64,000 nucleotides of DNA from Solirubrobacterales bacterium (GTDB lineage: Bacteria; Actinomycetota; Thermoleophilia; Solirubrobacterales; 70-9), in the NCBI GenBank assembly GCA_033856455.1, contig JAWVEZ010000106.1:4687-68686 (forward strand). The letters run 5' to 3'. How positions within the stretch are numbered: position 1 is the first letter of the stretch; the number at the start of each line of letters is the position of its first letter. Position numbers and translations under genes: made by a program. Shown here piece after piece: positions 45,021 through 53,745 of the stretch. The notes beneath the pieces are model-generated. The model saw only the letters and a program-made list of their open reading frames with translations. It searched no databases and was not told the origin of the DNA.

Positions 45021-45665
45021 CTAGCTGCCTGGTGCTTCGCCCAGCAGCTCCCGCGCTCGCCGGGCCAAACGCAAGCCTTCCTCCTGCCCGAGGAAGGTGA
45101 CGGTGGTCCCGTAAATGAAGTCCGGCAGTAGACGTGGCAGGCGCTCGGTCCGGCCGGCGGCGATTTCCCGCCGGACCACGGCCTCGGCCCCTCCGATCGC
45201 GGCGCGCGCGGTGCTGACCGGCTGCCCCCCGCTCACCGCGTAATCGCGGCCGCGGTCGAACATCGCCGCGAGCATGCGATTGCCGGCGTCATAGGCGGTG
45301 CGCAGCTCGGGTGGCCCCATCTGGCGGGCGCCGATGAAGGAGAGCTGGGCGAAGGAGGGATGGGCAGCCATGAACTCGAGGATCGCCTTGATCCCGACCA
45401 TCGCGCTGTCCCATTCGGAGCGGTCAGCGGAGTAGGACGCGCCGACGATCGCCAGCACCTCGGCGATCACCGCGTCGAAGGCGCTGACGACGCAGGCCTC
45501 CTTGCTGCCGAACAGCTCGGCGAAGGTCCGCTCGGAGACCGCGGCGCGCTTGATCACCTCGGCGACGCTCGTCTCGGCGTAGCCACGCTCGGCGCACAGC
45601 TCGACCATCGCCCGCATGATCCGCTCGCGCTCGGAGGGGGAGAGGATGCTGGCGGTCACCTCCAT
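45021..45665 (-). CDS. TetR-like regulator paralog T2
   Basis: ERERIMRAMVELCAERGYAETSVAEVIKRAAVSERTFAELFGSKEACV. C-terminus GGAEAVVRREIAAGRTERLPRLLPDFIYGTTVTFLGQEE is shared with T4 and T5. Confidence 0.75.
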   Translation of the reverse strand: MEVTASILSPSERERIMRAMVELCAERGYAETSVAEVIKRAAVSERTFAELFGSKEACVVSAFDAVIAEVLAIVGASYSADRSEWDSAMVGIKAILEFMAAHPSFAQLSFIGARQMGPPELRTAYDAGNRMLAAMFDRGRDYAVSGGQPVSTARAAIGGAEAVVRREIAAGRTERLPRLLPDFIYGTTVTFLGQEEGLRLARRARELLGEAPGS

Positions 45666-45666
45666 C

Positions 45667-46272
45667 TCAGAGTGCCCCCGATGCGGCCCGCATCTCGTCG
45701 GCCGCGCGCTCGGGCCCCATGAAGGGGACGAGGACCGAGAAGAGGATCTCCGGCGCCATCGCCGGCAGCCCGCCGCCGCGCCCGGCGTTGACCTCGCTGA
45801 AGATGATCGCCTCGGCTGCTCCGATCGCCAGCATCTCCACCTCGCTCGGCAGCTCCTCCTCGACGCCGGAGTAATCGCGCCCCTCCCGCATAAAGGGGAG
45901 AAAGCGCTCGAGCAGCTCGACGTAGCGCTCGTAGGTCGCCGGGCGGATGCCCGGGAACGAGCGGGTCAGCACACGCGCCATATCTGGGTCGGAGGCGATC
46001 AGCGCGAGCAGCGCTGTGAGCCCAGTCCGGACCCGCTCGGGCCAGGGGTCGCTCGATGAGCAGCCCACGGTCGCCTGCGCCACGACGCGGTCGGTGAGAT
46101 GGGCGTAGGCGGCGAACAGGCACGAGTCCTTGTCACCGAACTCCGCCACGAACTCGGCGTCGGAGACCCCGGCGACCTCGCAGGCGCGCACAACCGCGGC
46201 CTCGCCGTAGCCCTTCTCGCCCAACTCGAACAGCATCGCCATCAGCAATGCCTCCCTTTGCGCTCCCTCCAT
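45667..46272 (-). CDS. TetR-like regulator paralog T3
   Basis: QREALLMAMLFELGEKGYGEAAVVRACEVAGVSDAEFVAEFGDKDSCL. Its stop is 1 nt from the T2 start. Confidence 0.7.
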   Translation of the reverse strand: MEGAQREALLMAMLFELGEKGYGEAAVVRACEVAGVSDAEFVAEFGDKDSCLFAAYAHLTDRVVAQATVGCSSSDPWPERVRTGLTALLALIASDPDMARVLTRSFPGIRPATYERYVELLERFLPFMREGRDYSGVEEELPSEVEMLAIGAAEAIIFSEVNAGRGGGLPAMAPEILFSVLVPFMGPERAADEMRAASGAL

Positions 46273-46365
46273 CAGACCTCCTCGGCAGCTGGATTGGCAC
46301 CTGGCCTCGATCGTCGGAGCGCCTCCCGTAACGGTGGCAACGCTACCACTGTCCGTATCCCTTGC

Positions 46366-47037
46366 TTACGGCCACTTTTCGACCCCCTGGTTCGTTCCCT
46401 GTACAAGTAGGTTTGCCCGCCGCGCCAGCCTCAGCGCCTCCGCCTGGCCGAGGAAAGGGACCATCGCTCCGTAGGTGAGCGGCGCCAGCAGCAGCGGCAG
46501 CTCCTCGACTCCCCCGCGCGCGATGGCGACCCGCACCACCGTCTCCGCCGAACCGAGCGCGGCGCGCGTGGCGCCGAGCGGCTGGGTGTCGACGGTCGAG
46601 TATTGGCGCAGCCGTTCCATCATCACCAGCAACGCCTGGGTCGCGGCCTCGTGGGCCTCGCGCACCCGCGGCGGCGCCATGTGCCGGGAGACGATGTAGG
46701 CCAGCTTCGCGTAGGAGGGGCGGGCGGCCATCAGCTCGAGGATCGCCAGCGCGCCGGCGAGGATGCTGTCGGCCTCGGCCAGGTCCTCCGAGTAGGCGCC
46801 CGACATCGCCGCGATCGTCTCGCCCATGACCACGTGCACCGCGGCCAGCAGGCACTCCTCCCTGTCCTCGCCGAACAACGCCTCGACTTCGGCGACCCCG
46901 ACGTCCGCGCCGGCCGCGACGTCGGCGAGCGTGGTCGCCTCGTAGCCCCGCTCCGCGCAGAGGCGCGCCATCGCCTCCAGGATGCGGTCACGCTGGGAAG
47001 GGGCGAGGGCTTCGGGCGCTGGTGGCGCCGGGGTCAA
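46366..47037 (-). CDS. TetR-like regulator paralog T4
   Basis: QRDRILEAMARLCAERGYEATTLADVAAGADVGVAEVEALFGEDREECL. Confidence 0.7.
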   Translation of the reverse strand: MTPAPPAPEALAPSQRDRILEAMARLCAERGYEATTLADVAAGADVGVAEVEALFGEDREECLLAAVHVVMGETIAAMSGAYSEDLAEADSILAGALAILELMAARPSYAKLAYIVSRHMAPPRVREAHEAATQALLVMMERLRQYSTVDTQPLGATRAALGSAETVVRVAIARGGVEELPLLLAPLTYGAMVPFLGQAEALRLARRANLLVQGTNQGVEKWP

Positions 47038-47723
47038 TGCCGCCCACCCGGCGGCGAGGCCGCCGCCGCTCGCCCAAGCCGCAGCGCCTCCGCCTGTCCC
47101 AGGAGCGGGGCGAGAGTGCCGTAGACCAGGGCGGGGAGCAGGCGCGGCAGCTGCGCCGCCCGCCCGGCGACCACCTCGCGCCTGACCAGTGCCTCGGCTC
47201 CGCCCAGCGCGGCCCGCGTCGCCGGCGCCGGCAGCGCCGCGCCGACCGCGGCCACGTGCGCCCGGCTGACCATCACCGAGATCAGATGCAGGCTGGCCTC
47301 ATAGGTGAAGTGAAGGCGCTCGGTGCCTCCCTGCCGCGCCTCGACGCAGCCGAGGTACGCGGAGGCCGGCTGCCCGGCGATCAGCTCGAGCGCCGCCCGC
47401 AGCCCTGCCAGCTCCTGGTCCAGAGCGCCCGCGCTCCCGCGTCCGGCGGTTGCGGCTGTGGTGAGGACCTCCGAGGCGAGCTGGTTCAGGGCCGCGATCG
47501 CGCAGGCCTCCTTGTCGGCGAAGAGGAGGTCGAACGTCTCCCGGGCCACGCCCGCCCGCGCAAGCACCTGCTCGATCGAGGTCCCCTGGTAGCCGCTCTC
47601 GGCGCAGCACTCGGTCAGGGCCGCCAGGATGCGGTCGCGCTCACTGGGAGTGAGGACTTCGAGCCCCGGATCACGGATACCGCCGCCGGGGGGCTTGATC
47701 GAGCCAGCGTTCCCCGTTGCCAT
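47034..47723 (-). CDS. TetR-like regulator paralog T5
   Basis: ERDRILAALTECCAESGYQGTSIEQVLARAGVARETFDLLFADKEACA. 4-nt overlap with T4. Confidence 0.75.
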   Translation of the reverse strand: MATGNAGSIKPPGGGIRDPGLEVLTPSERDRILAALTECCAESGYQGTSIEQVLARAGVARETFDLLFADKEACAIAALNQLASEVLTTAATAGRGSAGALDQELAGLRAALELIAGQPASAYLGCVEARQGGTERLHFTYEASLHLISVMVSRAHVAAVGAALPAPATRAALGGAEALVRREVVAGRAAQLPRLLPALVYGTLAPLLGQAEALRLGRAAAASPPGGRH

Positions 47724-47897
47724 AAGGGCCGATGGTAGCGCCTAGCCAGCCAAACAGTTTGAGAAGGGCTAGGCACCGTGCTGTTCTAGGAAAGAATATG
47801 GTTTCGCAAGGCGGCGGGAGACGCCCCGGCAACCCAACCAGAGCGAGCTCGATGCGGAATCGAATTCTTTCCGAGGCGGAACTATGGCTTTGCCCAA
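47724..47897. promoter_or_regulatory. divergent intergenic (promoter) region between the minus-strand and plus-strand TetR-like sub-arrays
   Basis: Locally AT-richer. 9-bp inverted arms ggaaagaat (47789-47797) and attctttcc (47864-47872). No confident -35/-10 assignment. Confidence 0.35.
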
Positions 47898-47933
47898 TTG
47901 GGCGGGTCCGCGACCGGCAGCTATCCTGCGCCG

Positions 47934-48587
47934 ATGCCGAAGGCGCCAAAGGGGGTGGTGTCGCGAGCCCGACCGGGCGGCCACCAGCTGCGCCCGGAGG
48001 TGATCGTCCACCATCAGCGCCAGCGCATCCTCACCGGCGCCGCGAAGGCGATCGCCGCGAAGGGCTACCGAGAGACCTCGGTCGCGGACATCGTCAAGAG
48101 CGCGGCGATCGCCCGCGCCCGCTTCTACGAGAACTTCTCCTCCAAGGAGGACTGCTTCCTCGCCCTCTACGACGCCACCGCCGAGGCGACCCTGAGCGTC
48201 GTCGCCGAGGCCTGCGCGACGGCGGAGGGCGAGTTCTCCGACCGGGTCGAGGTCGGCCTCGACGCCCTGCTCGCGTACTTCGCCGCGGACCCGGACCTTG
48301 CCCGTGCCTTCATCGTCGAGGGCCCGGCGGTGGGGGCGCCGATCAACGAGCGCTTCGAGCGCCTGATCGCCGACTTCGCGGCGATGCTGCGCAAGGGACG
48401 TCCGCGAGAGGCCGCCACCGAGCTGCCGGAGACGGTCGAGGAGACGGTCGTCGGCGGGCTCTACTGGTTGCTCTACTACGCGCTGCTCGACAACCGTCCG
48501 AAACGGATCCAGAAGCTGCTGCCCCAGCTGACGGAGTTCTCGCTGATCCCCTTCTCGGGCGGCGAGGCCACCCCGGCTCTCTCCTAG
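47934..48587 (+). CDS. TetR-like regulator paralog T6
   Basis: QRQRILTGAAKAIAAKGYRETSVADIVKSAAIARARFYENFSSKEDCF. ATG at 47934 is preferred; TTG at 47898 is the track alternative. Confidence 0.75.
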   Translation: MPKAPKGVVSRARPGGHQLRPEVIVHHQRQRILTGAAKAIAAKGYRETSVADIVKSAAIARARFYENFSSKEDCFLALYDATAEATLSVVAEACATAEGEFSDRVEVGLDALLAYFAADPDLARAFIVEGPAVGAPINERFERLIADFAAMLRKGRPREAATELPETVEETVVGGLYWLLYYALLDNRPKRIQKLLPQLTEFSLIPFSGGEATPALS

Positions 48588-48609
48588 CTCTCTCAGGCGG
48601 CCGGCGCCG

Positions 48610-49236
48610 GTGAGCCGGCCCTGGCCCGGGGGTCGGATCGAGCCGGCCGAGGAGCGACGAAGGCTGCTCGTCGCCTTCGTCGAGCTCGTCGCCGAGGGTG
48701 GCATCGACGCGGCCGATCGCGGCTCGGTCTGTGCCCGTGCCGGCCTCGGGCGACGCGCCTTCGAACGCCACTTCGTGGATCGTCCCACCTGCTTCGACGC
48801 CGCCTGGGACTGGCTCAAGCTCGAGTACCTGGGACGGCTCGAGGCGGCGCTCGCCCCTCACGAGGGTTGGCGCCAGCGGCTGCGAGCGGGCGCGGGGGAG
48901 ACGCTGCGATTGGTCGGGGAGCATCCCCAGCAGGCGCGCTTCCTGGCGGTCGAGTCGCTTGCCCTCGAAGCCGGTCGTTCCCGCCAGCGGGCGCTGGGGG
49001 ATCGCATAGCCCAGCGGCTGGACGGCTTCCGCGCCGAGCTCGTGGATCCGAGCGGGCCACCCGCGGCGACCTCCAGCTGGGTCGTCGGCCTCTTCTTCGA
49101 CCGCATCTACCGGTGCCTCTCGGCCGGCGAAGAGCAGGCCCTTCCCGCGCAGCTGCCGCAGTTGCTGTTCCTCGCGGTCAGCGCGTACTCGGGGACAGAG
49201 GCGGGCCTCGAGGAGCTGCGCGCGCCCCCGCCCTAG
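48610..49236 (+). CDS. TetR-like regulator paralog T7 (most divergent HTH)
   Basis: RRRLLVAFVELVAEGGIDAADRGSVCARAGLGRRAFERHFVDRPTCF. GTG start. Confidence 0.6.
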   Translation: MSRPWPGGRIEPAEERRRLLVAFVELVAEGGIDAADRGSVCARAGLGRRAFERHFVDRPTCFDAAWDWLKLEYLGRLEAALAPHEGWRQRLRAGAGETLRLVGEHPQQARFLAVESLALEAGRSRQRALGDRIAQRLDGFRAELVDPSGPPAATSSWVVGLFFDRIYRCLSAGEEQALPAQLPQLLFLAVSAYSGTEAGLEELRAPPP

Positions 49237-49264
49237 CCGCACACAGTTCTAGAATGCTTTTCCA

Positions 49265-49963
49265 GTGTTGAGCAAGCCGCCAGGGGATAGTCCAGACCAT
49301 CCGGACGAGTTGGCCCAGCTCCCCCACGGCCGTCACGGCCTGCCGCAGGAGTTCGTCGAGCACAACCAGCGCGAACGCCTGATCGCGGCCTTCACCGAAC
49401 TGGTCGGCGAGGTCGGCTACAACGAGGTGACGATCAGCGCCACCACCGCCGGCGCCGCCGTCTCCAGCCGCACCTTCTACACCTTCTTCGCGACGATCGA
49501 GGAGTGCTTCCTCGGCGCCTTCGAGGTCGCCCTCGAGCGCCTCGGGCCGCCGCTGCTCGAAGCCTTCGAGTCCGAGGACGAGTGGCCGCGCGGGGTCCGA
49601 GCCGGCCTGGCGCAGGGGCTCTCCCTGCTCTCCTCCGACCCCGCCACAGCTCGTCTGCTCACCGCCGAGCCCTTCGTCGCCGGCTCCGCCGTCGCCGAGC
49701 GTTACAAAACCGCGCTGGAAGCGGTCACCCCCTACCTGCGCGCCGGGCGCAAGCTGCGCGCGCCGGGCGCTCCCGAGCTCCCGGAGAGCACCGAGCGCGG
49801 CCTGCTGGGGGCGATCAACGGGCTCGTCGCCCGCAAGGTCAACGCGGGCGGCGCCAGCGATCTGCTTGACCTCCTGCCCGACCTTACCCAGTTCGTCCTC
49901 ACGCCTTACCTCGGTGCCGCGGCCGCCCGCGAGCTCGCCACCGAAACCATGGCTCATCCTTGA
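49265..49963 (+). CDS. TetR-like regulator paralog T8
   Basis: QRERLIAAFTELVGEVGYNEVTISATTAGAAVSSRTFYTFFATIEECF. GTG start. Confidence 0.7.
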   Translation: MLSKPPGDSPDHPDELAQLPHGRHGLPQEFVEHNQRERLIAAFTELVGEVGYNEVTISATTAGAAVSSRTFYTFFATIEECFLGAFEVALERLGPPLLEAFESEDEWPRGVRAGLAQGLSLLSSDPATARLLTAEPFVAGSAVAERYKTALEAVTPYLRAGRKLRAPGAPELPESTERGLLGAINGLVARKVNAGGASDLLDLLPDLTQFVLTPYLGAAAARELATETMAHP

Positions 49964-49993
49964 CAAGTACGCGTCCTCTCATGTACGGTACCG

Positions 49994-50017
49994 GCGTCTT
50001 CTCGGGATAGAAGACGC
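49994..50017. promoter_or_regulatory. 9-bp inverted repeat gcgtcttct-cgggat-agaagacgc between T8 and the secreted-protein operon
   Basis: Lies 31 nt after the T8 stop and 78 nt before the TTG start at 50095. No U-tract follows, so it could be either a terminator or an operator. Confidence 0.35.
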
Positions 50018-50094
50018 GCAGGGGGCCTGCCAGGGGCAGTCCCGCACCGAAGCAGGGGCCACCAGGGGGCCTCCGGGACAAGGAGAGACGTACG

Positions 50095-53000
50095 TTGAGA
50101 AGCCACGCGAGGGTTCTTCTGGCAGTCGCAGCTCTGGCGGCTCTTGCTGCCCTAACCGCCATCCCCACTGCCGCGATCGCGGGCCCGCCGACGATCTCGC
50201 CTGACCCCGTCGCCGACCCGGCGATCAGCAAAGCCCACCTCACCGGCACCGTGACGATCGACGGCGAAGGGGACGGCGGCTCCCTCACCTGGGTCATGTT
50301 CCAGTACTGCCGCCCCCAGAGCCCCGGCGAATGCACCGAGACGACGGGCTCCTGGGAACTCGGTCCTGAACAGTTCACCAAACAGTTCCCGGCCGGGACC
50401 AGCGCCGAAGCCCACGAGGAAGACCTCACCGGGCTGAAAGCCAACACCGAATACGTGGTCCGCATGATCGCCTACCCCGAAGCCGGCGGGGAATTCTTCT
50501 CGCCCGAAGGCGGCTACCAGGCCTTCACCACCGACCCGGCGCCGACCGCCCCGGTGCCGACCCTCACGACGGCGACCCCCGGCTACGTCTCGATCCACCT
50601 CGAGGGCTCCGTCGATCCCGAAGGCGGCAACGACAACGGCGGCGAGCCGCTGCCGATCCACTGGGCCTTCGAGGTCTCCACCAGCGGCGACCCCGGGACC
50701 TGGTCTGCCAACGGCGCCGAAGGCGACATCACCGGCGCCGAAGCCGGCGAAAGCAACCCGATCGCGATCTCCAGCGACCTCGGCAGCCTCGCGCCCGGGA
50801 CCACCTACTTCTACCGCCTTCGCGTCACCTACGGCGGCCTCGAGGTAATCGAGGGCGGCGGCTCGTCGGTCGAAACCTCGCCGGTCGCCAAACCGGCGAT
50901 CGTGTTCGACCCGGTCTCAGCGATCACCGGCGACAGCGCCCACCTCTCCGGCGAAGTCGACCCGGGGGGCTCAGACCCCGCCTTCACGACCAACTGCCGC
51001 TTCGAGTACATCCGCGACATCGACTACCAACCGCGCAACGAGGTGCGGCAGGTGAAACTGCTGGGCAGCAGCGGGACCCGCGTCTGGTACTACAGGAACG
51101 GAGCGGAACAGACCCCGCCGCTCCCCTACAACGTCTCCGCGCCCGTCCTGCAGGCGGCGCTCGAGGCGCTTCCCGAAATCGGAACGGGCAACATCTCGGT
51201 CAGCGGAGGGCCGGGAGACGCGACCGGCTCGACCCCCTACATCTTCACCTTCACCGGCGCTTTCGCGGGCACCGACATGTGGCAGTCCATCACCGTGGAC
51301 AGCCCCTCGACCGACACCACCCTGGTCGAGGGCTACCCCGGCGGGTATGACTACGGGACCCCCATCCCCTGCGACCCGGCAACGCTCGAAGGCTCAGGCA
51401 GCCAGGAGGTCGAGGCCGACCTCGCGGACCTCCAGCCGAACACGCTCTATCACGTGCGCTTGGTCGCCAACAATGCCGCCGGCGCCTCGATCGAGCAGAG
51501 CACCTTCACCACCGCCGCGGTGCCGCCCACCGTGGCCGCGGCCACGGTGGGCGCCGTGAGTGACACCGCCGCCCGCCTCACCGCAAGCGTCGACGCCAAC
51601 AACTCCCCGACCGACGTCAGCTTCGAATACGCGACTGAGGCGGACTTCTCCGACGCCCTCACCGCCCCGAGCGGCGAGGGGACCGAGCTCTCGGGCAACG
51701 GTGAGCTCGCTTTCGCCGACCTCACCGGCCTCGAGCCCGACACCGAGTACTTCTGGCGGGTCGGCGCCGAGAACCCTGAGGGCACCGACGCCGACGTCGC
51801 CGAGGTGCCCTTCAAGACCTGGCCGGCAGCCGGCCCCGATCAGGGTGGGGTCGGCGTAGAAGGCCGGCGCCAGATCGAGCTGATCAGCGACCCGAAGGCG
51901 TCGAACGCCGTCAACCGGGCGGCGCTGTCTGCCTCCGGCGACCGCGTCCTCTACACCGTGCTTGCAGGCTCGGACCAGGCCAGCTACAGCGACCAAGGGG
52001 AAATGCTCGCCGATCGCACCGCGACTGGTTGGAAGATCCGCAACGCGCTTCCGCCCGCCAGCGCCTTTCAGCAGGACAACGCCAAGATCCAAGGCTACTC
52101 GGCGGACTTCACCCGGTTTGCCGTCAGAGCAACGTCTCACTTCCCAGCGTCAGGCCCCGGAACGGTCGACACCGGGCTGTGGGAACCCGACACCGGCAAA
52201 CTCACGCGCTGGGCCTCGGGGACGCCTCAGGACGCAAACGCCAGCTCCACGATGATCTTCCCGGAGAGTGGAAACCGGCTGCTGTGGGACTTCGAAGCCA
52301 CCTCGGGCGATCAAATGTTGCTCTATGAACTCGCCGGCGAGAATCCGGTCGAGGTCAGCCTGCTGCCGGATGAAAGCTCCCCTCCCTGCGGAGTCGGGAG
52401 TATTGCCTTCGGACACATCATCACCAACAACGCAATCGGGACGCAGAACTGGATCTCCGAAGACGGCGAACGGTTCGTCTTCCAGACTCCCACGGGCAAC
52501 GACTGCGGCGCCCCGCAACAGCTCTACATGCGCGAAGGAGGCGTCGACGGCACAACGATCCGGATCTCCCCGCCAGCGGTGGCGGGGCCCGAGCAGGGGG
52601 CTAAGTTCATCCAGGCGACGCCGGACATGTCGGTGATCTTCTTCTTGACGGCGGCCCGGATTGACCCAGTCGACCTCAACCAGACCAACGACCTCTACCG
52701 CTACACGGTCGGAGGCGCCGCCGAGTGCGTCACCTGCGTGGTTCCGCAGGCAGACATCAACTCGAATATCCACCCCGCCAGCGAAAGCACGCTCGCGGTG
52801 TCAGAAAACGGCGAGCGCGCCTACTTCGCCTCCGAACGTGTATTGGCGCCGGCGGCGGCGGGAGTGAATGGCCTCAAGGTGTATGTGTGGAGGGACGAAT
52901 CGCCCGATTCAATCGGCTACGTAGCGCCGTTTCCTGGCTCGTGGTCATTTAAGACGACGTCGTCTTCCTTTTCCTCCGCGACGACGCCGAACGGACGGGT

Positions 53001-53745
53001 TCTCCTCTTTCACTCCAGCTTGAAAAGCATGGATCAGCTCACCGCGAGCACCAATGGCGGAGTTGAGCAGGCGTACCGCTACGATGACCGCAGCCGCAGC
53101 CTCACCTGTCTCTCCTGCCCGTCAGCCACTGGGCTCGCAGTCGGGATGAGGACTGCCATCGGATCGCCAGCCCTCTTCTCGCTTGCTCGCGGCTCGACGC
53201 TCACTCCGGCCGGAGACACCTACTTCTTCGAGACCAAGCAGGCATTGGTCGACGAGGACCTCAACAACAACAGGGAGGACCTCTACGAGTGGCGGCGCGG
53301 CCAGCTCGCCCTGATTACCCGCGGCGCGGCCTTTTCCGCGCCCGTGCAGTTCAACGAGGAAGTCGCTCCCTTCGCGACGACCGCGGATGCGGGAACGGTC
53401 CTGTTCAAGTCTGTGGAGAATCAGGTCTCCGGCCTGGCCCCCCGCTCGAGCAGGCTCTACGTCGCCCGCGTCGGCGGCGGCTTCCCGACCGTCACCCCGC
53501 CGACCCCCTGCACGGGGGAAGGCTGCCGCTCGGCGCCCACCCCGAAACCGGCCGACAGCGGCCCGATCACGCCCAACTTCTCGGGCCCCGGCAACACCAA
53601 GACGCAGCCGAAGTGCCCCAAGGGCAAGGTCAGAAAGAACGGCCGCTGCGTGAAGAAGAAGGGGAAGGGGTCCGGCAAGCAGGGCTCCAAGTCCAAGGGC
53701 AAGTCCAAGAACCGAATCAACCGCAGCCTGGAGGGTGGCAAATGA
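50095..53745 (+). CDS. 1216-aa secreted protein P1: FN3-like repeats, PD40/TolB-like propeller-type region, Cys motif and polybasic tail
   Basis: TTG start 7 nt after aaggagag. Signal peptide MRSHARVLLAVAALAALAALTAIPTAAIA. FN3-like ends TGLKANTEYVVRM, LAPGTTYFYRLRV, LQPNTLYHVRLVA and LEPDTEYFWRV. DLNNNREDLYEW is a PD40-like turn. The protein ends ...VGGGFP..PCTGEGC...KCPKGKVRKNGRCVKKKGKGSGKQGSKSKGKSK. Confidence 0.8.
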   Translation: MRSHARVLLAVAALAALAALTAIPTAAIAGPPTISPDPVADPAISKAHLTGTVTIDGEGDGGSLTWVMFQYCRPQSPGECTETTGSWELGPEQFTKQFPAGTSAEAHEEDLTGLKANTEYVVRMIAYPEAGGEFFSPEGGYQAFTTDPAPTAPVPTLTTATPGYVSIHLEGSVDPEGGNDNGGEPLPIHWAFEVSTSGDPGTWSANGAEGDITGAEAGESNPIAISSDLGSLAPGTTYFYRLRVTYGGLEVIEGGGSSVETSPVAKPAIVFDPVSAITGDSAHLSGEVDPGGSDPAFTTNCRFEYIRDIDYQPRNEVRQVKLLGSSGTRVWYYRNGAEQTPPLPYNVSAPVLQAALEALPEIGTGNISVSGGPGDATGSTPYIFTFTGAFAGTDMWQSITVDSPSTDTTLVEGYPGGYDYGTPIPCDPATLEGSGSQEVEADLADLQPNTLYHVRLVANNAAGASIEQSTFTTAAVPPTVAAATVGAVSDTAARLTASVDANNSPTDVSFEYATEADFSDALTAPSGEGTELSGNGELAFADLTGLEPDTEYFWRVGAENPEGTDADVAEVPFKTWPAAGPDQGGVGVEGRRQIELISDPKASNAVNRAALSASGDRVLYTVLAGSDQASYSDQGEMLADRTATGWKIRNALPPASAFQQDNAKIQGYSADFTRFAVRATSHFPASGPGTVDTGLWEPDTGKLTRWASGTPQDANASSTMIFPESGNRLLWDFEATSGDQMLLYELAGENPVEVSLLPDESSPPCGVGSIAFGHIITNNAIGTQNWISEDGERFVFQTPTGNDCGAPQQLYMREGGVDGTTIRISPPAVAGPEQGAKFIQATPDMSVIFFLTAARIDPVDLNQTNDLYRYTVGGAAECVTCVVPQADINSNIHPASESTLAVSENGERAYFASERVLAPAAAGVNGLKVYVWRDESPDSIGYVAPFPGSWSFKTTSSSFSSATTPNGRVLLFHSSLKSMDQLTASTNGGVEQAYRYDDRSRSLTCLSCPSATGLAVGMRTAIGSPALFSLARGSTLTPAGDTYFFETKQALVDEDLNNNREDLYEWRRGQLALITRGAAFSAPVQFNEEVAPFATTADAGTVLFKSVENQVSGLAPRSSRLYVARVGGGFPTVTPPTPCTGEGCRSAPTPKPADSGPITPNFSGPGNTKTQPKCPKGKVRKNGRCVKKKGKGSGKQGSKSKGKSKNRINRSLEGGK

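Noticed and set aside
45012-45026. agctag-aaa-ctagct inverted repeat between T1 and T2
   Set aside because: The arms are only 6 bp, and the repeat overlaps the T2 stop codon. It is short enough to occur by chance, so I do not call it a regulatory site.
49981-49996. atgtacggtaccggcg as a fifth copy of the TGTACCGA-N4-TCGGTACA operator upstream of the secreted operon
   Set aside because: Only a partial half-site (gtaccg) is present, and the spacing and second arm do not fit. There is not enough to link the catabolic regulon with the secreted operon.
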